A stretch of DNA of 64,000 nt from Camelus ferus (Eukaryota): the NCBI RefSeq assembly GCF_009834535.1, contig NC_045696.1, positions 61,816,001-61,880,000 of the forward strand, in the 5' to 3' direction. Below are positions 1 to 11,703 of this stretch, one piece after another (the stretch's first letter is position 1; every line of letters starts with the position of its first letter). The notes below the pieces were generated by a model that had not been told where the DNA came from, did not search any database, and was given only the letters and a program-made list of their open reading frames with translations. The position numbers and the translations under genes were made by a program.

Positions 1-377
1 TACAGTTCTTTTATACACACTGTCTGGCATAGATGAAAACATTACCAAGCATATGAAGAGGCAGGAAAATGTGACTGATAATCAAAAGAGAAAAATGAAC
101 CATTGAGCCAGACCAACAAATAATCAAACGTTGAAGTTAGCAAGCAAAGACTAAAAAAAAAAAACAAAAACAAAAAAACCCCAAAAACTATGATAAATAA
201 GATAAAGAAAGTAGAGGGAAAGATAAAATAGATGAAAAGATGGAGACTTTTTATGGAAAACTGGAATCTATAAAAAAAAACATTAAATTCTAAAACTAAA
301 AATACAGTATTAAAAATTAAGAACACTGCATAGATTTGACAGCAGACTGGACGTCATGAAAGAGAATTAGTAAAGTC
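1..377 (+). mobile_element. Old L1 (L1M-type) ORF1-region fragment, left part
   Basis: A-rich degenerate sequence resembling L1 ORF1; appears to continue at ~1830 after two younger insertions. Confidence 0.55.
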
Positions 378-393
378 AAAAACAGGTCCATAG

Positions 394-1672
394 GCACAGC
401 AAAGGAAACCATAAGCCAAACAAAACAACAACCTACGGAATGGGAGAAAATTTTTGCAAACGATGAAACCAACAAAGGCTTGATCTCCAGAATATATAAG
501 CAGCTCATATGACTTAATAAGAAAAAAACAAACAACCCAATCCAAAAATGGGCAGAAGACCTAAACAAGCAATTCTCCAAGGAAGACATACAAATGATCA
601 ATAGGCACATGAAAAAATGCTCAGTATCACTAATTATCAGAGAAATGCAAATCAAAACTACAATGAGGTACAACCTCACACCAGTCAGAATGGCCATCCT
701 TCAAAAGTCCACAAATGACAAGTGCTGGGGAGGCTGTAGAGAAAAGGAAACTCTCCTACACTGCTGGTGGGAATGCAGTTTGGTGTAGTCACTGTGGAAA
801 ACAGTACGAAGATTCCTCAAAAGACTAGGAATAGACTTATCATATGACCCAGGAATCCCACTCCCGGGCATATATCAAGAAGGAACCCTACTTCAAAATG
901 ACATCTGTGCCCCAATGTTCATAGCAGTACTATTTACAATAGCCAAGACATGGAAACAGCTTAAATTTCCATCAACAGATGACTGGATAAAGAAGCTGTG
1001 GTATATTTATACAATGGAATACTACACAGCCATAAAAATGACAGCATAATGCCATTTGCAGCAACATGGATGCTCCTGGAGAATGTCATTCTAAGTGAAG
1101 TAAGCCAGAAAGAGAAAGAAAAATACCGTATGAGATTGCTCATATGTGGAAGAAGAAGAAGAAGAAGAAGAAGAAGAAGAAGAAGAAGAAGAAGAAGAAG
1201 AAGGAGAAGGAGAAGGAGAAGGAGAAGGAGAAGGAGAAGGAGAAGGAGAAGGAGAAGGAGAAGGAGAAGGAGAAGAAGAAGAAGAAGAAGAAGAAGAAGA
1301 AGAAGAAGAAGAAGAAGAAGAAGAAGAAGAAGAAGAAGAAGAAGAAGAAGAAGAAGAAGAAGAAAAATACAAAACAGAAACAGACTCAGAGACATAGAAT
1401 ACAAACTTGTGGTTGCCAAGGGGGAGGGGGGTGGAAAGGGACAGACTGGGAGTTCGAAATTTGTAGATACTGACAGGAATGTGTAGAATAGATAAACAAG
1501 ATTATACTGTATAGCACAGGGTAATATATACAAGATCTTGTAGTAGCTCACAGTGAAAAAAAAAGTGACAATGAATATATGTATGTTCATGTATAACTGA
1601 AAAATTGTGCTCTACACTGGAAATTGACACAACTATTGTAAACTGACTATAACTCAAGAAAAAAATGTTAAA
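394..1672 (+). mobile_element. 5'-truncated young L1 (end of ORF2, 3'UTR and A-tail)
   Basis: ORF2 C-terminal-like peptides ([39 protein letters not shown]), L1 3'UTR, A-tail; TSD aaaaacaggtc(c/a)atag at 378-393 and 1673-1688. Confidence 0.9.
1149..1364 (+). repeat. Compound microsatellite (GAA)18(GGAGAA)12(GAA)30
   Basis: Counted directly; lies inside the L1 3'UTR. Confidence 0.97.
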
Positions 1673-1688
1673 AAAAACAGGTCAATAG

Positions 1689-1830
1689 AGGGAGGGTGTA
1701 GTTCAGTGACAGAGTGTGTGCTTAGCATGTACGAGGTCCTCGGTTCAGTCCACAGTACTTCCATTAAAAAAAAATTTAAATAAACCTAATTACCTACCCC
1801 CCCCCAAAAAAAAACAGATCAATAAAAAAA
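1689..1830 (+). mobile_element. tRNA-derived SINE (camelid Vic-1-like)
   Basis: Degenerate A box (gtagttcagtg) and B box (ggttcagtcc), taaacctaattacc tail motif, A-rich end. Confidence 0.8.
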
Positions 1831-2168
1831 CATTCAAACTGAAGCATCAAGAGAGAGAAAAAAAAAAAGATGATACAAAGTGTAAAGCACATAGTGAACA
1901 AGTTCAACTAATCTTACACATGTACTCGGACTCCCAGAGGAACAGAGACAAGACAATGGAGCAAAAATAATACTTGAAGAAACAATGGCTGATTATTTCC
2001 CAAAACTGATAAAAGACATCAGTCTATACATCAGAGAAATTTAGTGAAATCCAGGCCTAATAAATACAAAGAAAACCACAGTAGGGCACAAAATAGTCAA
2101 ATGTCTATTTCATGTCAAATGTCAAATTCAAATCAACAACAAAGAAAAAACACTTAAAAGCAGCTAGA
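1831..2168 (+). mobile_element. Old L1 ORF1-region fragment, right part
   Basis: Degenerate ORF1-like sequence (gaaacaatggctgattatttcccaaaactgataaaagacatc ... ttaaaagcagctagag). Confidence 0.6.
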
Positions 2169-3439
2169 GCTTTCTCTTCAGCAGCTCCCTCTTCATGGGA
2201 GACTCTCTCCTGTGAACTCTGTGTGCTTTGGACTTCCCAGTCTCCCTCCTTTTTCCCCCTCTACTCAGGGAGACCAGGATCCTCCTGGTTTCCCTACCTG
2301 TGATTGTCCTGGAGACTCTTGCTGGGCAGTAAACTGGTGCATTTGAGGGTCTCATCCCATTTATTGTCTATCTCTTTGGGATCAGTATTCTTCCTGTGCC
2401 TTATGTCAAATGTCTTTAACTATTGTTTCATATTTTTGTCTGGTTTTTTAGTTGTTTCAGTTGGAAGGGTAAATCTGATCTCGTTATTCACTCTTGACTG
2501 GAAGCGGAAATCTTTAAGATTCAAGATTTACTTTTAAACTGAAGAAATATTCCAATCTGAGCTTACAGATCTATTATTAAAACTCAGTAATAACTACAGC
2601 AATTGTTTATAAAGAAGACTAAGAAAAGCTTTTGTTTGGGAAGGAGTGTCAGTGACATTGGTTAGGATTTGCTGACACGCGTATTAAAAGCAAACCACAT
2701 TATAGTCGGTTTTACTATTTTTAAAATCGCTGCAGTCAATACACACCCTTATTGCTGGTACCTGGGGCACAAGTCTCCCAGCACCCCACCCTTGGTGTTC
2801 CATTGTATCCATCTGCACTCTATTTCAAATCGAATATGGCCAAAATTGAATTCATCTTCCACCATAAATCTATTATTTTATTTTCTACCTATCAGGATAT
2901 TGCATTATAATTACTTATATCTCTTCCCCCCAATTAGATTGAGGGCTTGCAAGAGAAAGACTACTTCATGTTCATATTCAAATAAATGCTTGTTGAAAGA
3001 AGGGCGCTTCAACTTATCAGGCTGAAGTCAATTTTCCTCTCTTCAGAAAGAGAATGACACATTTACTGCAGACTTACTAAGCACTTGTAGGCCTGTCACT
3101 ATTTGGTGGGGGCTGGGGCTACAGCGGTGAGTAAGACCGGGCTCTTGCCCTCCTGGGGAAGTGTTCTCAGTTGAGGAGAGGCGGGAAAAGGCATATCACA
3201 ATTCTTAGGATTAAGATCATCATGGGAAAACCAGAGAAGAAAAACCCGGGCCAGGCCTCAAAGTGCATCCAGAACAGGAAGGTCGTCTTTCGCTTTTGGA
3301 AGCGAAAAGAGAAAAAGGATTAGTGGAGGGAAGCTCCATATAGTAGCTGTGGTCTGCCTTAGACCTTTGTGGGTTAAAAGATTGAGAGCAGGCGGAAAAG
3401 AAGTCTCAAACCCACTTTGCAATTTCTCGATCACTGTTT

Positions 3440-4200
3440 CTACCATCCTCACGTGCTCGGAGCAGGGCGCGAGGTGGGGGCTGCTGGAGTGGACCAAGTG
3501 CTACCCCCGACGCGGGCGCCGCGACGCGTCAGAAAGACGTCCAGGGACTGGAGAAGAGCGCGCCGCCGGAAGCGGAGGGAAGGCGGAGCCACTCCCCTAG
3601 ACCCGGGCCTCGGCTCACTCTCCCGCCCCCTGCACGGGGCGCGGGTGGGGCTAAGGCGGAAGGGTTCGGAAGGAGATGACGATGTAAGTGAGCGCCGGCG
3701 TCGCGGCAGCGGCTCCAGAGGAAGCTCGGCGGCCGTGGCCGCTGTGAGCAGGCCGGACGCCGCCTGGCCAACGGGACTTACCCTAAAGCTGGCGAAGGCG
3801 GGGCCGCAGTCCAAGCTGCCGCAGTATCTGGACCCACAGTCGGGCAGGTGCCGGCAGCGAGGGACGTAGGTAAGCTGGAGCCCGAGTGTCAGATCCGGCG
3901 AATGCCTTACGGAGCGGGGTGGCTGGCCATTCCCGCGCCAGTGCGCGCCAGCTCAGCACCCGGGCCTGGAGGCCTCGAGGGCTGCTTTCCCCTCACGCTC
4001 GTACCAGAGGCAGCGGATTTCTCCCCGGGCGCTGCTGGGCCTTTCTGGGGGCGGGAGGGAGCTCGTTCTGAGGGACCGCTGTCCTCCCCTCTTTCTCTCT
4101 AATCTGAGCTGTACGACGTAGAAGCGGAGAGGGCTAGCGCCCCCGCCTCTCCTGCTGAAGCCGGGGGAAGCTTTGAGAGGAAGCGCTGTCGGTAGAGGTC
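3440..4200. promoter_or_regulatory. CpG island / SENP5 promoter
   Basis: High GC and CpG density; E-box CACGTG 3450-3455, ETS-type CCGGAAG ~3565, GC box ~3622. Confidence 0.85.
3680..3869 (+). other. SENP5: SENP5 non-coding exon 1 (5' end approximate)
   Basis: Inside the CpG island; strong donor TAG|GTAAGC at 3869/3870; TSS cannot be fixed from sequence. Confidence 0.7.
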
Positions 4201-5167
4201 CTCCAGCTTCTGCTGTATTGGTAGTGAAGGGGTTTTACTTGTTCGGTTAGTTCTGCTTCCTTCGTGCCTTTGGTTCTTTCTTCCACACTCCTGGGACCCT
4301 GTTCTAGTGAATAGGTCTTGCACAATTGAACATTACGGTGGTGGCAAGTCTGTTTTTCTGTTGTCTGTGCTAGACAGTGTCAACCCAGGCTAGACTGTTT
4401 GACCACTCTTTTGGAAGAGGAGGGATGCGAAGAGGATATGGGAGATAAGGGTTTTGGACTTGGAGTCAGAGGAGCTGAGTTTAAATCTAGCCTGCCATTT
4501 GGTAGTGGCTTTAAATCTCGTGTAGACATTGTTAACCCATGTAAAATGGAGCTTTCTTTTACTTATAAAAGTTGGGGGAATTAAATGAAATGAAGAAAGC
4601 AGAACATTAATCATGATATGTTTGGGGAATCCGGTTAAACTCGACTTCAGAATATCCAGGACACTTACTAGTAGGTTCTTAACTAATTCCGGTTTTTTAC
4701 CCGAAATAACTAAGCTCGGTATGGAGAAGGGTGCCAGAGGAGATAGTGGAATCTTGCGTGGTTAAAACCTAACTGCAGTCTCTGCTTTGAGTTGGGCAGC
4801 ATTAGGAAAAAACCAGCCTCTTCCTACTCACCCAGATGTCTCATGCTGATTGATAACACATTTTTGGTATTCGAGGGATGCTCTAAATTAGTTTTGCTCT
4901 TATTTGACGTAGTTAGTGGACCCTTTCTAGGAGGAAAGCTGGAAGGCGCCTTCCTTACACGTTGGCCCACTTTAGAAGGAATTCTCTGCCCAATTTTGAG
5001 GACTCCTCACTCTGCCTCTAAAACATTTCATGTTAATTGAAAATGTGCGGAGAATAAATACAGGAATTTGAATCCTTTGAGTGGCTGGACATTACCATTC
5101 TAAATTAATCCGAGGGGATGACTTTCTCTGTATTGGAGGAAGAAGAACATTCACCACTCTGAAGTTT

Positions 5168-5336
5168 GTGGGGTTTTTTTTTTTTAGTATTTTATTTTAT
5201 TTATTTGTTATTATTTAATTATTTTATTTTGGTAGTGGTGGGTCATTAGGTTTATTTATTTTTAGAGGAGGTACTGGGAATTGAACCCAGGACCTCATGC
5301 TAAGCATGCTCTCTACCACTGAGCTATACCCTCCCC
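5168..5336 (-). mobile_element. tRNA-derived SINE (Vic-1-like)
   Basis: Minus strand ggggagggtatagctcagtggtagag...gggttcaattcccagtacctcc; 14-bp TSD ccactctgaagttt at 5154-5167 and 5337-5350. Confidence 0.9.
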
Positions 5337-5589
5337 CCACTCTGAAGTTTAATAGACCCTAAGTTAGAGAAGTGTTTAGGGAGGAGGAAGAGGGATGCAA
5401 TCAGTGACTTGAGTGAGTAGCACCTGTTCTTAAAATTGCTTGTTCAGACAAATTAAGGATACTTTCCTCATTGGAGCATGATGATGTCAGTGGAGCCTGA
5501 TGAAGTGCAGTCTTCAGTTCCTTTGACACAGAATTGTCAGTTTGGAATTTTAAGTCATGAATATGAACGAGACCTTGAAGGTCATCTAA

Positions 5590-5745
5590 TCCAATGGTTC
5601 CAAAACCTTGGGGGACATTAGAATCATTTGGAGAATTAAAACAAAACCCCAAATGCCCACACACTACCTTAATAGATCTAAAGTGGGACCTGGGTATTTG
5701 AGGTTTTTAAAAAGCTTCTCAGGTGATACTCATGGTTTGAGAACG
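5590..5745. mobile_element. MER5-like hAT-Charlie DNA transposon remnant
   Basis: caatggttccaaaacctt...tttgagaac terminal-repeat-like ends. Confidence 0.5.
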
Positions 5746-6530
5746 CAGATGTAGATCTTAATTTATAAACAGGCTCAGAGAGAGAGTGTCGTGCTTATCT
5801 AGTTGCCTTCTATGCCTTCTCATTTTTTTTTCTCTTCCTTTCCTTAACAAATAACATTACTTGAATCAATAGTACTGTTTCAGGTTTTGTAGTGCCTTGA
5901 GCCCAGAAGGGAAAAAAAAATTTGTCAGTAGCTCTGTGTAATTCTGTTTTCAGTTTCCTCTGCAGTTAGACTCCTTAATGCTCTTTGATGGAAGTATTAG
6001 ATTTTACAGTAAAATTTCTTACTGAATGTTGCTTAGGTTTTTGTTGTTGCTTGCAGAATTATATAGAGATCATATCACTTTATAAATCAGTTTTTAGTAG
6101 GCTATAAAAGCATAAAGTCAAGTCTTCATAAACCAGGGGGAAATTTCAATTTAAGAATATTTAGCTTTTGTTCAAACTGGCTTGTCATAAACCCACTGTA
6201 CTATACACAGGCTCCCCCCGACCCTTCCTCCATCCTGGTATGCATAACCTCTTACTTTGTATCAACTAGCCAGCTTACTATGGAACTTAGTTTAGGAACT
6301 GTTAGAGTTCTATGTCTCTAATTGCCTTATAAACACCTGATTGAACTAGAGGCTCTCAGCATTTGCTTTAAGCTTGTCCTTGAATTTTTAGCCCCTTTTT
6401 CTTTCTTAGTTAAATTGTACTATGCTACTAACTTAAAAGAATTTGGTAGCTACCTAGAAAGGATCAACTGATGGAGCAATAACAGTGCCTCATGTATCTT
6501 TCTTACCCATTTTAGTGAAAATGTCCTGAC

Positions 6531-6631
6531 TTTTTTTTTTTTTTCCCTTAACGAAGGCACTGGGGATTGAACCTAGGACCTTGTGCATGCAAAGCATGTG
6601 CTCTGCCACTGAGCTACAGCCCCCAAACCCC
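6531..6631 (-). mobile_element. tRNA-derived SINE (Vic-1-like)
   Basis: A and B boxes on minus strand; poly-T tract at left. Confidence 0.85.
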
Positions 6632-8227
6632 GTGACTCTTTTTTGGGGGAGTAATATTTTCAGAATTATTAAGGTAATTACAGGCCATCAGGCAGAGTTG
6701 AACATTCTCTTTTTTGAGAGATATATTCATTATCAAATAATTCTTTGATAGCCTTTTCATTGCTTCAGTCATTCTCTTTTTTTTTTTAAGATATCACACT
6801 TCAGTGATTATTATTTTGTGTTAGTAGTAGAGCCTGAAATGGACCCTACATCACAGATTCTTTAAAGGAAGATGCTGAATTATTTTCTTTTAAAAATGAC
6901 CCTATTTATAGCATGTTAACTTCCTACAACCAGATGACAAAAGGTATTCTGAATTTGCTGATTTAAAAAGCCATGTTAACAGAGAAGCAGTCTATAAATT
7001 CAGAATCTAGAGAGATACATAGTAGGTGTATGAAATGAAAAAAACAAGTTGCTGAGTCTCGTTTTTTATTTTTGTCTGAAATAGCTTAATTTTGAAGTTT
7101 AAAAATTATTGAATTTCAGATTCTGACAGAGCGCAGTTTTCAAGTAGAGGTATTTAGAAAGATAAATATGAACCCAGGGTCACAATTTTAGTCTAAACTG
7201 GTACATGTTAAACATAGAAACCAAGTCAGGGTGGGATAGGAACAACTTGAAGACCAGTGAAAAGTGGAGTTTAGAAGTCACTTGCTCATTCTTGAGGCAG
7301 TCTTCTCTGTCTATAAGGACTTAGACCAGGGTTGTATACTTAACTAAATCCACTTTATATCTGGTGGCTGAGTGTGGTGAGACTATCATGAGAGGTACCA
7401 TAAATGTGCAAGTCTCCAGTTCTCAGTCAGTCTTTTTATGGTTCTTTCATACCCTCTGATACCAGTGGGCAAATTTTCTTTTAATTTTTATTTTGTTTTT
7501 AATCTTGTTTCTTACTACAAACTATTGTCTCATTTTTCTGGGGTGGGTAACCCCTCCCCTGTTTATTTACTACACAACGGCTATTCTCATTACTGTCTTA
7601 TTACCTCCAGGAGAAAGAACTTTTTCATAGTGTTGCTTGAGTTAACCTGTACAGTGGCAGCATGCAAACTTTTACCCAAATATTGGGCCTCTTAAGGATT
7701 GTTCAGAGTTCAGGCTGTCCCAGGGTCAGTGAGTATCTAATCTAGTAAGAGTTGAAAGCCCAGTTCTGTTTCCCTTGTGTGTATGTTTTATCTTTGAAGG
7801 AATATTGGTATTTGGTGAACATGAGCACACAACAGCATGATGGAGAATACAGGGGCAGAAATGTAAAAGGACCCCATGTGGAGGTTGCTTTTAATTTTAA
7901 TCACTTGTACTCTGAGTTGATGCTTGGGATTTATTGATTTTAGGGTACACTGGCTAGACTTTTACTGGAGAGCCTTCAATGGTAGTATCTTTATCTTTTT
8001 TCTTGGGCTAGTTGGATTTCCCAAAGAAGAGTCTTTAAGTCTCCTGCTTGGAGTTTATAAGCTGGGCTATCAACAATCTGGTAGCTAAACTGAGGAAAAT
8101 GGTAGAGGTCTTAGAATTCAGTATATAAACAGTCATTTATGTACACTTAACTATTTTCAGTATGATACCCTCATTCTCAACTGGACCGGATGTTTTCCAG
8201 TCTCATAATCCTTTGTTTTATCCTTTA

Positions 8228-8436
8228 GATCTGTGCTACCAATATGTAGCCACTAGCCATGTGTAACAACTTAAAAAATTAAAATTAAATAAAATTAAAG
8301 ATTTGGTTCCTCTGTTGCACTAGACACATTTCAAGTGGTTGGTAACCACATGTGTCCGGAGGCTACCAAATGGAACAGAGCAGATACAGAATATTTCTAT
8401 CATTGCATAAGTTTTGTTGACCAGTGCTGTTCTACT
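8228..8436. mobile_element. MER3/MER33-like hAT-Charlie element
   Basis: tagccactagccatgtg...cactagacacatttcaagtg...gaccagtgctgttcta signature. Confidence 0.6.
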
Positions 8437-8789
8437 CTAGGAAAGAACACACCAGGCTTCTGCACAGATGGGGAAGGGGCAGTTGGCTGGATTTTGTGGA
8501 GAGTAGGAGGGTATCTAAATGATTGACCTATCCTCTTGTTTTTTAGCATCATGTTCACATCACTCGTATAGAACCTGCTGTTGCCAATTCCTGACCTGTT
8601 TTGAGGCACTGTTGTATAAATTGGATTGCTTTCCTCGTTGCAAGCTTGACATTTTACTTTCTTACGTCTTTAAGTCAATCCACATTCCAGCTTCCTCTCT
8701 TCTCTCTTACATATGCTTAAAAAAGAAAACCCCTGAAGATTTCTGCTTTTCATTGTATGTATATTATATTTTAGAAAAAACTTTAAATT

Positions 8790-8940
8790 TATTTTAAAAA
8801 ATAATTTACTTATTTTGTTTTTTGTTGGGGGAGGTAATTAGGTTTATTTATTTATTTAATGGAGGTACTGGGTATAGAACTCAGAACCTCATGCCTGCTA
8901 AGCATGTGCTCTACCACTTGAGCTAAGCCTCCTCACTCCC
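8790..8940 (-). mobile_element. tRNA-derived SINE (Vic-1-like)
   Basis: ggaggtaattaggtttattt tail motif plus tRNA-like head on minus strand. Confidence 0.85.
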
Positions 8941-9016
8941 AAAAATTCTTTATTCTCATCTTAATAAGGTTTTAGGAGGGAGTGAAAGTAAAATGTCTCT
9001 TCAGTCTGCTGTCTTT

Positions 9017-9339
9017 TTTTTTTTTTAATTTTTTTTGACACAGTGTGTCAATTTCTGGTCTACAGCATAATGCTTTAGTCATACATGAATATACACATTC
9101 GTTTTCATATTTTTTCACCATAAGTTACTGAGATATTGAATATAGTTCCCTGTGCTGTATAGTATGAACTTCTTGTTTATTGGGTTTTGTGAGAATCCTC
9201 CTGTATTTCAAAACAAGACACTGCCAGAGTTCAGTAGGTGTTCTGTGCGATTCAGTGAATTTGTAGATGTAATTCTTGGTGTATTTGTGGGAGAGGGTGA
9301 GTTGTGAGTCTCTACTCCACCATCTTGGCACCTCCCTCC
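9017..9339 (-). mobile_element. Bipartite mini-L1: ~159 nt L1 5' end fused to L1 3' end plus polyA
   Basis: Minus strand begins gggagggaggtgccaagatggtggag (L1-like start with YY1 motif); from 9180 it resembles the L1 3'UTR at 1492-1660; polyA; TSD cagtctgc(t/c)gtcttt at 9002-9016 and 9340-9354. Confidence 0.75.
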
Positions 9340-9379
9340 CAGTCTGCCGTCTTTATCCATAAATAAAGTACTCCCTCAG

Positions 9380-10470
9380 CATTTAAACATGTACAGATAT
9401 CTCTGTTTAAAAAAAGTCCGCCCTCTCTCATTTACTCAGGCTTCTTGAGCAGTTTTACATATTGTCTTCTGTACTCCTTCTTGGGTTTTGTCCTCTCCAT
9501 TCTACTAAAATTTCTTTTGCAAATGTTGTAAGAATCAGATGGACACTTTTTAATTCTTACCTTGCTTGACCTCTCAGCAGCCTTTGACTGACCATTTCCC
9601 TCCTTCTAGAAACTTTCCCTAGCTTTCCTAACACCACACTTACCTGATTTTCCACTTTATTTCCCGGTCATTCCTTTTCTTTACCTTACTTTTACATGCT
9701 AGAGTTCCTCAGGACACTGTCCTCAGGTGCATTCCCTTCTACCATTTACAAATTGTCCCGAGGTGAGCTTATCATTTTCTGTAGCTTTGGTTACTATAAT
9801 CTGATGACTTAAACTGGGATTTCTGTGCTATCTTCTTTTCAGAGTTCCTGACCTGTATGTCCAACAATATGCATCCACTTGGATTTCTTACAGTCACCTC
9901 ACATCTAACATGTCTAAAACTAAAGAGATAGCCAGTATAATCTTCCTCCCATCTTTCTCCATTGTTCTGTATAAACTATACCACCATCTCCCCAGTAACT
10001 CATACTGAAATTCTTACCCTCTCACCCCCACAGGCTTTCTCTCAGTCTTGACATTTCTGACCTGAAAAATCTCAAGGTCGATTCACTTTGCTACTTCTCC
10101 CAGTTTTCCTTTAATCCAAGCAGCTATTGCACTTTGCCAGCATTTACCTGTAATAGCCTCCTAACAGGTTTCCTTTGCTGTGGCTTTCTTCCTACTGTTC
10201 TGCACACTGCAGACAAAATTATCTTTTTAGCCATACTAATCAGATCTTATACACCTCTTTGTCTTTCAGTGGCTTCACACTACCTTTATGTTAAGTAGCA
10301 GCATTATTAATTTAGCTTTTCTATTCCTTGCCTACCTCTCCAGCTCCTCCTTTAAGTGATATTGAAGTTTTTTTAGTTCCTTGGCATACTACATTCCCCC
10401 TCCTGGGCTTCTGTTTATCTGTTCCCTTTGCCTAGGTACGTTCTCATCCTTTGTCTCAGCTTAAATATCT
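9380..10470. mobile_element. L2 LINE remnant
   Basis: Pyrimidine-rich L2-like motifs (cttgacctctcagcagcctttgac; aacatgtctaaaactaa; taatagcctcctaacaggtttccc-like). Confidence 0.6.
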
Positions 10471-10594
10471 TATTGATGATTTCTCAGCAATTATATTACC
10501 TTTAAGTATTATGAAGAGTAAATTCCAAATCTCCTTTTATATTGGTAGTATACAAAGAGAACATGTTTGAATTTCATATTAAGAAGTTTATTTG

Positions 10595-10718
10595 TGGGGG
10601 AGGGTATAGCTCAGTGGTAGAATGCATGCTTAGCATACAAGAGGTCCTGGGTTCAATCCCCAGTACTGCCACTTAAAAAACAAATAAATACATAGCCTAA
10701 TTACTCCCCCCAAAAAAA
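10595..10718 (+). mobile_element. tRNA-derived SINE (Vic-1-like)
   Basis: ggggagggtatagctcagtggtagaatgcatgcttagcat...gggttcaatccccagtac plus A-rich tail. Confidence 0.9.
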
Positions 10719-10784
10719 GTTTGTTTATTTTTAAGTGTTTTTTTCCCATTAATAAAGAAATAGACTAAAATACAATACTCTAAA

Positions 10785-11325
10785 GCAGAGGTTCCCAAAC
10801 TTTCTCTGTTCACAAACCCTTAATGTCTTTTTCGTAGTGCCTTTAGGCTTAACAGTTTAATTTATTCAGTAATTAGGTCTAAATAACTTATTAAGTACTT
10901 ATGATCTAGCAACTTAATAGTTGGTTTTTAAAAAAAATACATAAATTGAAAGACAAAATAGTAGTATTATTTCATTCTTAAATAATAAATAACCACGGTT
11001 ACTTACTGTATGCACTTATTGGGTACTATAAACTTCACAAACCTTGGAATCGTTAGACACCACCCACATTTCCTGTTCCAAATTGATTTTTGCACAGTAT
11101 TTTTTTTAAATCATAGCAATCAGCAAAAAGCCAGCTTTGCAAAGATATGTCATCAAAAGGAAGATAGCATATATAGCATGATCTGATTTGAAACTGAACT
11201 GTCTTGAACTGGCAGTTTGCAGGGTGTTTGACAGAATATCACTTTCCCCCTCTAATTTAAACAATTATGACATCCTTGTGAATTCACTGCAGAAGCCAGG
11301 TGCTCAGTTTAGGAACTGTGGGCCT
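10785..11325. mobile_element. hAT-Charlie-like DNA transposon remnant
   Basis: Inverted-repeat-like ends cagaggttcccaaact ... agtttaggaactgtg. Confidence 0.45.
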
Positions 11326-11496
11326 AAACTGTTGATAGCTTGGTATAAATTTTTTCAAACATTTTTTCCTCTGTAAATTTTCAAAATATACATACATTTT
11401 TTCCTTTTAACAAAAGTGGGTTCATACATATTGTTGAGCAACTTTTTTTTATTCAACAATATATTATGGTAAAGCTATTGGGTTGAATATACACAT

Positions 11497-11703
11497 TTTT
11501 AAAAAATTAAAGTATAGTTGGTTATATATATTCTTTTTTATTATAGGTTATTACCAGCTATTGAATACAGTTCCCTGTGCTGTACAGTGGGACTTGTTAT
11601 GTATCAGTTCTGTGTATAGTAGTGTGTATCTGCTAATCCCAAACTCCTAATTTATCCCTCCCCACTGACCTTTCCCCTTTGGTAGCCATAAATTTATTTT
11701 CTA
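11497..11703 (-). mobile_element. L1 3'UTR fragment
   Basis: cagttccctgtgctgtacagt...ctaatcccaaactcctaatttatccctccc, homologous to the other L1 3' ends here; flanked by tatacacat repeats. Confidence 0.7.

Noticed and set aside
961..1590. Long poly-Leu/Arg/Ser/Lys/Glu ORFs in the ORF track
   Set aside because: Artefacts of the GAA/GGAGAA microsatellite inside an L1 3'UTR.
3676..3687. Mini-ORF ATG ACG ATG TAA near the SENP5 TSS
   Set aside because: May lie upstream of the TSS; cannot be placed in the mRNA from sequence alone.
3349..4325. Several 60-150 aa ORFs over the SENP5 CpG island
   Set aside because: Expected in stop-poor GC-rich DNA; mostly non-ATG starts; no recognisable protein.
10595..10670. 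tRNA-like sequence with A and B boxes (and eight similar copies)
   Set aside because: A-rich tails, TSDs and mutual divergence indicate SINEs, not tRNA genes.
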